Position numbers and translations under genes: made by a program | Shown here: piece by piece, positions 9,125 through 17,959 of the stretch | Numbering within the stretch: the first letter of the stretch is position 1 | How the letters are laid out: each line of letters starts with the position of its first letter | The notes under the pieces: model-generated | Database searches by the model: none | Told to the model about the DNA's origin: nothing | The model's input: the letters and a program-made list of their open reading frames with translations, nothing else | From: Thermoplasmata archaeon | GTDB lineage: Archaea; Thermoplasmatota; Thermoplasmata; Lutacidiplasmatales; UBA184 | DNA length: 41,954 nucleotides | Direction of reading: 5' to 3' | Assembly (NCBI GenBank): GCA_030038895.1 | Contig: JASHQX010000002.1 | Location: 1 to 41,954 of the forward strand

Positions 9125-10335
9125 GCCGCATCGCCTCGGTGGACCTCGACCCGATCTACGATAGTCGGGGCCGGCTCACGGTCGAGGCAACGATTGTCCT
9201 GGATTCGGGGGCTCGCGGGCGGGCCGGGGCACCGAGCGGCGCGAGCACGGGAGCGCACGAGGTCGTCGCCTTCCCTGCCGGCGGAGTGCCGGACGCCCTC
9301 GTCGCGTTCCGCGGCCGGCTCGCACCGGCGCTCAACGGCGTGGAGGTCTCCGATTTCATGGCCGTCGACCGGATCCTCCACGAGGTCGATGGCACGCCGA
9401 ACTTCGCCCGGATTGGAGGGAACCCGGCGACCGCGGTCTCGGTTGCGAGCGCGCTCGCACTGGGGGAGGAAACGCACCGGCCGCTCTGGAAGGTCCTAGC
9501 CCGCCCCGGGATCGACGGTTCGCGCTTCCCGGGGATCGTAGGCAACTGCCTGAACGGCGGCCGCCACGCGATCGGCGGACCCGACATCCAGGAGTTCATC
9601 GCCTACGCCGAGGAACCGCGCCCGGCGGACTCGATCCGTGCCGCCGTCCGCGTCCACGAACTGCTCGGCGCGGAGCTGCACCGGCGGTACCCGAAGGCCG
9701 CCCTCGGCCGAGGCGACGAAGGCGGGTGGGTCGCGGCGATCGGGAACGTCGAGGCGCTCGAGCTTCTCAGCGAGGCGTGTGCCAAGGCCCGGGACGAGCT
9801 CCACCTTTCCGTCCACCCCGGCCTCGACCTCGCGGCGAGCGAATTCTTCACCGACGGCCGGTACCGCTACAAGGAACAGACCCTTGACGCCGAGGGCCAA
9901 GAGACGTTCGTCGCCCGGCTCGTCGATCGGTACGGCCTAAAATACGTCGAGGACCCGTTCGACCAGGAGGCGTTCGAGTCGTTCGCCCACCTAACCCGTG
10001 CGGTCGGCGACCGCACGCTCATCGTGGGGGACGATCTGTATTGCACGAACGTCGACCGCCTCCGCCGCGGGATCGACCATCGTTCCACCAATGCGGTCCT
10101 CATCAAGGTCAACCAGATCGGGACCCTGACCGATACGCTCGCGGCGGTCGATCTCGCGGGGGCGAACGCCCTCGCGACCGTCACGTCCCACCGCTCGGGG
10201 GAGGTACCGGAGGGATGGCTCGCCCACGTCGCGGTCGGAACGGGGGCCCGGGGGTTGAAATGCGGGGTCCTCGGCGGAGAGCGGGTGGCAAAGCTAAATG
10301 AACTCCTGCGGCTCGGCCGCGCCACGCAACCCTAG
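9121..10335 (+). CDS. eno: Enolase
   Basis: Motifs DSRGRLTVE, PSGASTGAHE, GDEGG, EDPF, VGDDL, IKVNQIG and SHRSGE. Confidence 0.95.
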   Translation: MSRIASVDLDPIYDSRGRLTVEATIVLDSGARGRAGAPSGASTGAHEVVAFPAGGVPDALVAFRGRLAPALNGVEVSDFMAVDRILHEVDGTPNFARIGGNPATAVSVASALALGEETHRPLWKVLARPGIDGSRFPGIVGNCLNGGRHAIGGPDIQEFIAYAEEPRPADSIRAAVRVHELLGAELHRRYPKAALGRGDEGGWVAAIGNVEALELLSEACAKARDELHLSVHPGLDLAASEFFTDGRYRYKEQTLDAEGQETFVARLVDRYGLKYVEDPFDQEAFESFAHLTRAVGDRTLIVGDDLYCTNVDRLRRGIDHRSTNAVLIKVNQIGTLTDTLAAVDLAGANALATVTSHRSGEVPEGWLAHVAVGTGARGLKCGVLGGERVAKLNELLRLGRATQP

Positions 10336-10342
10336 GTGAGCG

Positions 10343-10999
10343 ATGCCGGACGAGGAAACGGTCGCCGAACCGCCATCGATGCCGAGCGATGGCCAGGATA
10401 TTCGCCCCGGCGAGCTCCTCGTCCCCGAGGACACCTACCTCACCTCGGGGATCCACATCGGGACCCAGCAGAAGTCGGCGTCGATGCGCCGGTTCGTCTT
10501 CAAGGTCCGTTTCGATGGGCTCCACGTTCTCGACGTCCGCGAGACGGACCGCCGGATCCGCTTGGCGGCGAAGTTCCTCGCCCGGTTTCCCCCCGACCGG
10601 GTCCTCGTCGTCTCCCAGCGCCAGTACGGTCAGAAGCCGGTGCGGATCTTCGCGAAGACCATCAGCGCGATCTCCTTCGCCGAGCGGTTCGTCCCCGGGT
10701 GCCTCACCAACCCGAACCTCGAGGAGTACTTCGAGCCGAAGGTCCTGCTCGTCACCGACCCCGCGACGGACCAGCAGGCGCTCAGCGAGGCCGTTTCGAT
10801 CGGGATCCCGGTCGTCGGGCTCTGCGACGTTAACAACGAAACCCGGAACGTCGACCTCGTCATCCCCGCGAACAATAAGGGTCGGGTCGCGCTCGCCACG
10901 ATCTACTGGCTCCTCGCCCGAGAGGTCCTTCGTGCCCGCGCCGGAGGCACCGAGGTGGAATTCACGCCGACGGTCGAGGACTTCCAGGCCGCGCTCTAG
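10343..10999 (+). CDS. rps2: 30S ribosomal protein S2 (uS2)
   Basis: Motifs YLTSGIHIGTQQK, RFVPGCLTNP and DLVIPANNKGR. Enolase next to S2 is a common archaeal gene order. Confidence 0.96.
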   Translation: MPDEETVAEPPSMPSDGQDIRPGELLVPEDTYLTSGIHIGTQQKSASMRRFVFKVRFDGLHVLDVRETDRRIRLAAKFLARFPPDRVLVVSQRQYGQKPVRIFAKTISAISFAERFVPGCLTNPNLEEYFEPKVLLVTDPATDQQALSEAVSIGIPVVGLCDVNNETRNVDLVIPANNKGRVALATIYWLLAREVLRARAGGTEVEFTPTVEDFQAAL

Positions 11000-11025
11000 G
11001 GTGACCAGGGGCCTGTTCGGACCGC

Positions 11026-11031
11026 TTTTAA
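11026..11031 (+). promoter_or_regulatory. Putative TATA box for the TrmB-family regulator
   Basis: TTTTAA in GC-rich context, about 23-28 nt upstream of GTG 11054. Confidence 0.5.
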
Positions 11032-11053
11032 CGGACGCCGCTCTAGGAGGGCC

Positions 11054-12328
11054 GTGGGGCGTCCGGGATCGGGCCTGCTCGAACTTCTCTCCGAACATGG
11101 GGTACCGGAGAAGGCCGCCCGGGTCTACCTGGCCGCGTGCCGCACCGGCCCGCAGACCGCGAGCGAGCTCGCGCGCCTGTCGGCCGTGAACCGAGTCGAC
11201 ACGTACCGGTACATCAAGCAGCTCACCGCCGAGCGACTTCTCAAGGCGACCGGCGGCCGCCCCCGGCGGTTCGCCGCGACCTCGCCGGACGACCTCATCG
11301 ACCGATGGATCCGGCGGGCCTCCGAGCGCCTGCACCAGCTCGAGGAGGACCGGGAAAAGGTGCTGGCCGACTGGGAGGAGAGCCGCACGGATGTCGAGGA
11401 CGGCGATCCCCGCAAATTCGCGGTCCTCGAGGGCCGGGAAGCCATTCGCCGGTTCCTCCTGAAGCGGATCGGAACCGCGGAACGCCAGATCCTGGTCTCG
11501 AGCACGGGGCCCACACTCCCGATGCTGATCGACGAGGGACTGGACCGCGCGCTCCGGACCGCTGCGGGCCGGGGGGTCAAGGTCCGGCTCCTGACGGAGA
11601 TCTACCCGACCAACCTGGTCGAGGCGAAGCTATTCGAGACGTTCGCCGAGGTCCGTCACTCGAAGGGGCCGGTCGCGAATCGGGCGCTCGTATTCGATCG
11701 GCTCGGGGCGCTCGTCTTCGTATCGGGGGAGGACGGGCACGGCCGTCCGGGGGAGGAGCAGATCGCGCTCTGGTCGTCCGCCCCGATGTTCGTCCAGCTC
11801 GCCCGGGATTACCACCGGAGGGCGTGGACGCCGGCCGCCAAGGCAGAGGCCCGGGTCGTGGAGCTCGAGAACCCCCCCGCGGCGGTGCTGCCGGTCGTTG
11901 CGGGGAAGGAGGCGGTCCCGTTCCAGCGACTGAAGGAGATCGCGAAGCTTGGGATGCGTGCCTCGGGCGTCCGCGAGCTCCGCCTTCACCTGCCCGAGCT
12001 CATCGAGACGATCGCGCGGCAGCTCGGACGCGAGATCGCCGGGCAGATCGACGGCCGGACCCCCGAGGAGATCGCGCGCTCACTCGCGCAGTACTACGAG
12101 GCCCACACGATGGGACGCCTCACGATGCTCAAGGAGCACCCGCTGACCCTCCGCGTGACCGGGTGCTTCGCCTGTACCCGCGACTCACCCGAGATCGGCC
12201 GGGTCCTCTGCCCCCAATTGCTCGGGGCCGTCTTCGAGACTCGCCTCGGTCAGCACTGGGAGGTCTCGAAGCCCGATCCCACGAAGCACGCGGCCCGGGG
12301 CTGCGTCTTCACCGCGACCCCGGCGTGA
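11054..12328 (+). CDS. TrmB-family transcriptional regulator with C-terminal V4R-like Cys-containing domain
   Basis: N-terminal TrmB wHTH (ARVYLA...TASELARLSAVNRVDTYRYIKQL...PRRFAA), a coiled coil, a PLD-like effector domain (RGVKVRLLT), and a C-terminal GCFAC...LCP...GCVF segment. Confidence 0.8.
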   Translation: MGRPGSGLLELLSEHGVPEKAARVYLAACRTGPQTASELARLSAVNRVDTYRYIKQLTAERLLKATGGRPRRFAATSPDDLIDRWIRRASERLHQLEEDREKVLADWEESRTDVEDGDPRKFAVLEGREAIRRFLLKRIGTAERQILVSSTGPTLPMLIDEGLDRALRTAAGRGVKVRLLTEIYPTNLVEAKLFETFAEVRHSKGPVANRALVFDRLGALVFVSGEDGHGRPGEEQIALWSSAPMFVQLARDYHRRAWTPAAKAEARVVELENPPAAVLPVVAGKEAVPFQRLKEIAKLGMRASGVRELRLHLPELIETIARQLGREIAGQIDGRTPEEIARSLAQYYEAHTMGRLTMLKEHPLTLRVTGCFACTRDSPEIGRVLCPQLLGAVFETRLGQHWEVSKPDPTKHAARGCVFTATPA

Positions 12329-12377
12329 TTCTCGGCCGCCGGCCCGAGAGACGTCCGCGATCGAGGCCGGACGGAGT

Positions 12378-13133
12378 TCAGTGGGTCGCCCCGACCGTCT
12401 CCGCACTCCCCGTCGAAGCGGGACGGGTCGAGGGATGGAGTCCGCACTCCTTCACGCCCGACTCCCACCACCACCGGCCGCTTCGCGGGTCAGCGCCGGG
12501 GGGGACCGCTCGCGTGCACGGGGCGCACCCGATGCTCGGGAACCCCTTTGCATGCAGGTGGTTGATCGGGACGTTTTGTTCCCGAACGTACCGCATCACG
12601 TCGTCCCAGCTCCAGTCCGCCAGTGGGCTGATTTTCCAGATCCCCCCGTGCGTGGGGTCCCGGGCGAGCCGCTCGACCTCCGAGCGCTCGGCCGACTGTT
12701 CCCGACGCAGACCGACGATCCAAGCTTCGGCCCCCTTCAGGGCGCGGTTGAGCGGCAGGACCTTGCGAACGTTGCAGCATGCCTTGCGGTTCTCGATCGA
12801 GTAGTAGAACAGGTTCGGTCCGCCACGACGGACCAGCTCCTCGACGTCCGCCCGGTCCGGGAAGACCACCTCGATGGGGACGTTGTAGCGTTCGTGGGCC
12901 TCCTGCATGAGGTCGTACGTCTCCTGGAAAAGGCGGCCGGTGTCGAGCGTGATAACGCGGATCCTTCGGCCGGCCCCGGGAGAACTGTTCGCGATCATGT
13001 CGAGCAGCACCATGTCCTCGGCACCAAAGCTGCAGGCGAAGACCGCCCGCTCCCCGAACCGGGATCCGGCCCAGTCAAGACACTCCTCCGCGCTTCGCCC
13101 GGCTAGCTCTTGGGCCTCCTCGCTGGTATCCAT
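12378..13133 (-). CDS. cysH: Phosphoadenylyl-/adenylyl-sulfate reductase, [4Fe-4S] APS-reductase type
   Basis: Motifs SFGAED, LDTGRLF, KACCNVRKVLPL, PSIGCAPCT, RSGRWWWE and C-terminal ECGLH. Confidence 0.92.
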   Translation of the reverse strand: MDTSEEAQELAGRSAEECLDWAGSRFGERAVFACSFGAEDMVLLDMIANSSPGAGRRIRVITLDTGRLFQETYDLMQEAHERYNVPIEVVFPDRADVEELVRRGGPNLFYYSIENRKACCNVRKVLPLNRALKGAEAWIVGLRREQSAERSEVERLARDPTHGGIWKISPLADWSWDDVMRYVREQNVPINHLHAKGFPSIGCAPCTRAVPPGADPRSGRWWWESGVKECGLHPSTRPASTGSAETVGATH

Positions 13134-13158
13134 TTAAGAAACCCAGCCGGCCGTCGGT

Positions 13159-13164
13159 CTTATA
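13159..13164 (-). promoter_or_regulatory. Putative TATA box for cysH (likely leaderless)
   Basis: TATAAG on the minus strand, 26-31 nt upstream of ATG 13133. Confidence 0.5.
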
Positions 13165-13384
13165 CGATGCAATAGGTGAAATTTACGTTGAAAAGGCGAA
13201 CGATTGGTTGGCCGGCGGCCCCCCTCGCCGCAGAATCTACGTTCAGCCGACGACGCCACCCGGTCGACCCCCCCTCGTCCGGCCCTCCTCGGGGCCGCGG
13301 CGCAGCGGGACCTCGGAAGGGGTGCCACAGCGGGGCATGGTGTAGCAGGTGTAAGCAACAAGAGATACAGCGCGGTGACCAACC

Positions 13385-13392
13385 TATATATA
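13385..13392 (+). promoter_or_regulatory. Putative TATA box for tfb
   Basis: TATATATA about 31-38 nt upstream of ATG 13423. Confidence 0.6.
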
Positions 13393-13422
13393 GACGCCTG
13401 TAATTAACCGACCGCAGAAGCT

Positions 13423-14517
13423 ATGAACGCACATCCACCCGCCCCGTCAACTCATCGCCCCCGTTCGGTGGCCGTCAAGTCGCCGGTACGTGCCGCTCCG
13501 ATGGAGTCGGCCCCTCTCGCCCCCTCGCCTCCCCCCTCCGATGTTTGTCCGAACTGCGGCTCCACGCACCTGATCCGGGACGAGATCCGCGGCGAGGTCG
13601 TCTGCGCGGACTGCGGTCTCGTGGTCGACCAGAGCGCTCTCGTCAGCGACCGGGGCCAGCGCGGCTCGAAGGAGGACACGGGTCGCGAGGCCCGTGGCTG
13701 GGGGCCGGTCATCTCCCCGCTGATGCCCGACAAGGGTCTCTTCAGCGAGATCGGCGTCCCGACCCGCGACTTCCAGGGCAATTCGCTCTCCCGCAACACG
13801 TCGCTGAAGTTCTATCACCTGCGCAAGCTCAACCACCGGTTGCGCGCGGCGCGCACGCACCAGAGGAACCTCGTGGTCGCCCTCGGAGAGCTCAACCGTC
13901 TCGCCGGGGTTCTCGGCCTCTCGCGCGAGGTGAAGGAGTCGGCTACCTACATCTACCGCCGGGCGCTCGAGCACAAGGCGACCCGCGGAAAGAAGATCGT
14001 CGCGCTGGTCGCGGCGAGCGTCTATGCGGCGTGCCGGCAGTGCCACGTGCCGCGGACGATGAAGGAGATCATCGCGCACTCCAAGGCGACCAAGATCGAG
14101 GTCGGCCGAGCCTATACGCTCCTCGCGCGCGAGCTCAAGCTGGGCTTGAAGCCCGTCGAGCCACGCGACTACCTCGTCCGGTTCACGCAGGACCTGAACC
14201 TCTCGAAGGAAGTCCGTCAGAAGGTCCTCTCCCTCCTCGAGCAGGTCGAGCAGGTCTACTCCACGAGCGGCGTCTTGCCGAACGGGATCCTCGCGACGAT
14301 CATCTACATCGCCTCGAACCTGATGGGCGAGCCGCGCAGCCAGGACCGCATCGCGGCGGTCGCAAACGTGACGCCTGTGACAATCCGCAACCACTACAAG
14401 GAGCTTCTCGACCTCCTCGGGCTGCCGAAGAACCTGACGAACCCGCAGGCGCGCGGCACGCTGCCTCCCCTCATCGAGGAGAAGGTCGTCGCGGACTCGG
14501 CGGCGGCCGGCCACTAA
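13423..14517 (+). CDS. tfb: Transcription initiation factor IIB (divergent TFB paralog)
   Basis: Zn ribbon CPNCGS...GEVVCADCGLVV, two cyclin repeats (AASVYAACRQCHVPRT) and C-terminal HTH VTPVTIRNHYKEL. Alternative start at 13501. Confidence 0.92.
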   Translation: MNAHPPAPSTHRPRSVAVKSPVRAAPMESAPLAPSPPPSDVCPNCGSTHLIRDEIRGEVVCADCGLVVDQSALVSDRGQRGSKEDTGREARGWGPVISPLMPDKGLFSEIGVPTRDFQGNSLSRNTSLKFYHLRKLNHRLRAARTHQRNLVVALGELNRLAGVLGLSREVKESATYIYRRALEHKATRGKKIVALVAASVYAACRQCHVPRTMKEIIAHSKATKIEVGRAYTLLARELKLGLKPVEPRDYLVRFTQDLNLSKEVRQKVLSLLEQVEQVYSTSGVLPNGILATIIYIASNLMGEPRSQDRIAAVANVTPVTIRNHYKELLDLLGLPKNLTNPQARGTLPPLIEEKVVADSAAAGH

Positions 14518-14597
14518 CGCCGAGCGGGCTGGCTTTCCGCCGCGCGAGCGTCCGGGGCCGCCGGCCCCGGAAATGACAAGAGCCCCCGCGCGGCTCC

Positions 14598-15803
14598 GTG
14601 CGCGTGGCCACCGTCGCACCGCTGAGCTACTCCTCGTACCGCACATACCTGGAGTGCCCGCTACGGTGGAAGTTCCTGTACGTCGACCGTCTTCCAGAGG
14701 CGCCACGCGGATACTTCACCTTCGGCCGGGTGATCCACACGGTCCTCGAGGCACTCGTCCGACCGCTGGTGGTCCCTTCCGCGCGCAGGGTGAGCGAAGC
14801 CGAGTCGCAGCGGACGCTCGACGACTGGCAGAGCACCGCTCCCCCAGCCCCGACGGAGTGGATGACACGCGAGGCCCTCCTCGATTATTACGAACGGTCT
14901 TGGCTCAGCGATGGGTACGGGTCGGCCGAGGAGGAGGCCCGGTACCGCTCGCTCGGCCGGGACCTCCTGTCGCGCTACTACGACCGGATCGCCGAGGAAC
15001 GGCCGACCCCGATCGCGGTCGAGGAGCATCTCGAGGCGACCTGGGACGGGATCCCGGTCCACGGATACATCGACCGGATCGACCGGACCCAGGGCGGCGG
15101 GCTCGAGATCGTCGATTACAAGACGTCGCGCGAGCTCTCGCACGAGGACGCGCGCGATTCGGATCAGCTCACCCTCTACCAGGTGCTGGTCGAGCGCAAC
15201 TACTCCGAGCCCGTCGCGGGTCTCACGCTGTACCACCTGCGGTCGCTGAAGCCTCTCCGCGCTCCTCCGAGGGCCCCGACGGCGCTCTCGGTCCTGCACG
15301 AACGGATGGGCACGGTCAGCGACGGAATCCGTTCCGAGGCGTTCGAGCCGACGCCCGGCCGGCACTGCGCTCGGTGCGACTTCCGCTCGCGCTGCCCGGA
15401 ATTCCGCACGGTCCCGCCCTCAGACGAGACCCGACTCCGGGACCTCGTGGACCGGTTCGAGATGCTCCGAGCCGAAGAAGGGCGTGTCGCGCTGGAGCTC
15501 AAGAAGACCGCACAGGATCTCCACCGAGCGGCCGAGCAACTCGGAGTCCATCGCGTCCCCGGAACCCGATCCGTGGCGGTTCGCCGGAAGGAGGAAGCCT
15601 GGAAGTATTCGCCCGAAGCAGTCCGGCCGCTGCTCGAGCGCGTGGGTCGGGCGCACCTCCTGGGATCCGGGAGCCCGGAAGAGATCCGCCGGCTCCTTCG
15701 GGACCCCTCGATCGACCCGGAGACCCGTCGCCGACTCGCCGAGGTGGGCGCGCGCCGGGTCCGGTGGTACTGGGAACTCGAAGAACCCGACGGCGGCGGG
15801 TGA
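14598..15803 (+). CDS. PD-(D/E)XK RecB/AddB/Cas4-like nuclease with split 4-Cys Fe-S motif
   Basis: Motifs LSYSSYRTYLECP, FGRVIH, GYIDRID, EIVDYKT, QLTLY and HCARCDFRSRC, followed by a helical C-terminal extension. Confidence 0.85.
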   Translation: MRVATVAPLSYSSYRTYLECPLRWKFLYVDRLPEAPRGYFTFGRVIHTVLEALVRPLVVPSARRVSEAESQRTLDDWQSTAPPAPTEWMTREALLDYYERSWLSDGYGSAEEEARYRSLGRDLLSRYYDRIAEERPTPIAVEEHLEATWDGIPVHGYIDRIDRTQGGGLEIVDYKTSRELSHEDARDSDQLTLYQVLVERNYSEPVAGLTLYHLRSLKPLRAPPRAPTALSVLHERMGTVSDGIRSEAFEPTPGRHCARCDFRSRCPEFRTVPPSDETRLRDLVDRFEMLRAEEGRVALELKKTAQDLHRAAEQLGVHRVPGTRSVAVRRKEEAWKYSPEAVRPLLERVGRAHLLGSGSPEEIRRLLRDPSIDPETRRRLAEVGARRVRWYWELEEPDGGG

Positions 15804-15853
15804 ACCGGCAGGTCCTGGGCAAAGCATAAGACGCATCCTCGGTACCTCGCCGT

Positions 15854-16921
15854 ATGGGGGTTCCTCTCGCTTCGGAGAGCCGCCTCGCCTCGCTTCGGGG
15901 CCGTCGCCCGACGCTTGCGACCCTGTGCTCGCACTCGTCCCTGCAGATCTTTCATGGGGCCCGGTCCGAGGGGTACTCGACGCTCGGGCTCTGCGTCGGC
16001 GCTCCCCCGCGCTTCTATGACGCGTTTCCCCTCGCGCGGCCCGACCGATTCCTGTCGGTCCCCTCGGTCAAGGAGCTTCCCGGCGTGGCCGAACGCCTCC
16101 GGGCCGAGGGGGCGGTGATCGTCCCGCACGGCTCGTTCGTGGAATACGTCGGGGCGCAGACGTTCGCCGAGATCGACGTGCCGGTCTTCGGCAACCGGGC
16201 GGTCCTCGCCTGGGAGTCCGACCGGCGGAAGGAGCGCGACTGGCTCGAGCTCGCCGGAGTGTCGATGCCGAAGCGCTACGAGGACGCGTCGGAGGTCGAC
16301 GGCCCGGTGATCGTGAAGTACTACGGCGCGAAGGGCGGGAAGGGGTTCTACCTCGCGAAGAACCGCGAGGCGCTCGAAGACTTCCACCCGACCGGGCCGT
16401 ACGTCATCCAGGAGTACGTCCTCGGAACGCGGTACTACATGCACTTCTTCTACTCCCCCCTCTCCGACCGCGGCTACCGGGTCGGGCACGGCTCGCTGGA
16501 ACTACTCGGGATGGACCGGCGGGACGAAGCGAATATCGACGAGCTCTACAAGCTCGGCGCCCAGGAGGAGCTCCTCCGGGCCGGGATCCGTCCGACGTTC
16601 GTCGTGACCGGCAACGTCCCCGTCGTCCTCCGCGAATCCTTGCTCCCCCAGGCGTTCGACGTTGCAGCACGGATCGTCGAGCGCTCGATCGATCTCTTCG
16701 GCGGGATGGTGGGGCCGTTCTGCGTCGAGGGGATCATGACGGAGGAGCTCGACTTCAAGGTGTTTGAAATCTCGACCCGCATCGTCGCGGGAACGAACCT
16801 GTTCATCTCTGGAAGCCCGTACTCCGACCTCGTCGCCCCGGGCCTGTCGACGGGACGGCGGATCGCTCAAGAGATCCGTCGCGGCGAGTCCGAGGGACGG
16901 CTGAACGAAATCCTGAGCTGA
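15854..16921 (+). CDS. purP: 5-formaminoimidazole-4-carboxamide ribonucleotide synthetase (PurP, ATP-grasp)
   Basis: Motifs ATLCSHSSLQI, VPHGSF, GAKGGKG, VVTGNVPVVLRESLL and FEISTRIVAGTN. Confidence 0.92.
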   Translation: MGVPLASESRLASLRGRRPTLATLCSHSSLQIFHGARSEGYSTLGLCVGAPPRFYDAFPLARPDRFLSVPSVKELPGVAERLRAEGAVIVPHGSFVEYVGAQTFAEIDVPVFGNRAVLAWESDRRKERDWLELAGVSMPKRYEDASEVDGPVIVKYYGAKGGKGFYLAKNREALEDFHPTGPYVIQEYVLGTRYYMHFFYSPLSDRGYRVGHGSLELLGMDRRDEANIDELYKLGAQEELLRAGIRPTFVVTGNVPVVLRESLLPQAFDVAARIVERSIDLFGGMVGPFCVEGIMTEELDFKVFEISTRIVAGTNLFISGSPYSDLVAPGLSTGRRIAQEIRRGESEGRLNEILS

Positions 16922-17005
16922 AGCGGAGGACCCGGCGCTCGTGTCTTCCCCGCCGACGGCGCTGGGACGCACTGTTATTTCCATCGCGTTCCTCGGCCGC
17001 CGTTC

Positions 17006-17959
17006 ATGCCGTTCGCGATCGAGGCCCAGCATCTCAGAAAGGTCTATCCCAACTCTCCGCCCGGTTCCGCCGCGATCGACGACCTTTCGCTCGAGATCCC
17101 GACCGGTAGGATCTACGGGCTCATCGGCCGCAACGGCGCCGGAAAGACGACCTTCGTCCGGATCGCGTCGACCCAGCTCGAGCCGACGTCGGGGACGGTG
17201 ACGGTCCTCGGCCACAATGTCCAGGGCGAGGAGCGGGAGATCCGACCGCGAATCGCGTGCGTCCCCCAGGAGTCGCGTCCCCTCTATTTCCTCAACGTCG
17301 AGGAGGTCGTCTATCTCTACCTCAAGCTCCGTGGGCTCGATTCGCGGGACGCGCGCCGCCGCACCCGGGACGTCCTCGAGGAGCTGTCGCTGACCGAGTA
17401 CCGCAAGCGATCGGTCTCCCGTCTTTCCGGCGGGCTACGGCGACGGGCGATGTGCGCGATGGTCCTTGCCTCCGACGCGGAGGTCCTCTTCCTCGACGAG
17501 CCGACGACTGGGCTCGACCCGATCGCCCGGCGAGAGGTCTGGGAGGCGCTCCGGCGGGCGAGCCGCGAACAGCGAACGATCGTCCTCACGACCCACTACC
17601 TCGACGAGGCCGAGGCCCTCTCGACTCGCCTCGCGCTCGTCGAGCGGGGACGCGTGATGCTCGAGGGGACCCCCGCGGACCTTCGCGCGCGAGTGTTGTA
17701 CCCCTACCGCGTCGTGATCCAGGGCTCGTTCCCCCGGGAAGAGCTCGAGTCGCTCGGTCGCGTCTCCCCGATCGAGGGAGGCTACCTCATCTTCGCGCGG
17801 GAGGACGAGGCCCGTGAGATCGCCCGGCGGGCGCTCGAGCGGGGGATCCGGGTCTCGCTGGGGCCCGTGAGCCTCGAGGACATCTTCCTCGACGTGGTCG
17901 GGCGGGCAATCGATACCGACACCGCTTCCAACGATGCCGAGGTGGAAGCGGAGGCATGA
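17006..17959 (+). CDS. ABC exporter ATP-binding protein (DrrA/NatA-like)
   Basis: Walker A GRNGAGKTT, signature LSGG, Walker B FLDEPTTGLD, TTHY switch and SLEDIF tail. Confidence 0.92.
   Translation: MPFAIEAQHLRKVYPNSPPGSAAIDDLSLEIPTGRIYGLIGRNGAGKTTFVRIASTQLEPTSGTVTVLGHNVQGEEREIRPRIACVPQESRPLYFLNVEEVVYLYLKLRGLDSRDARRRTRDVLEELSLTEYRKRSVSRLSGGLRRRAMCAMVLASDAEVLFLDEPTTGLDPIARREVWEALRRASREQRTIVLTTHYLDEAEALSTRLALVERGRVMLEGTPADLRARVLYPYRVVIQGSFPREELESLGRVSPIEGGYLIFAREDEAREIARRALERGIRVSLGPVSLEDIFLDVVGRAIDTDTASNDAEVEAEA

Noticed and set aside
7006-9477. 823-aa minus-strand ORF, and many other long shadow ORFs
   Set aside because: Antisense to the well-supported mutase/mce/eno genes. The Arg/Gly/Pro-rich composition is typical of high-GC off-frame ORFs and has no motifs.
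13331-13380. tRNA-like 5' start (CGGGGCATGGTGTAGC)
   Set aside because: No anticodon arm, T-loop or complementary acceptor strand follows.
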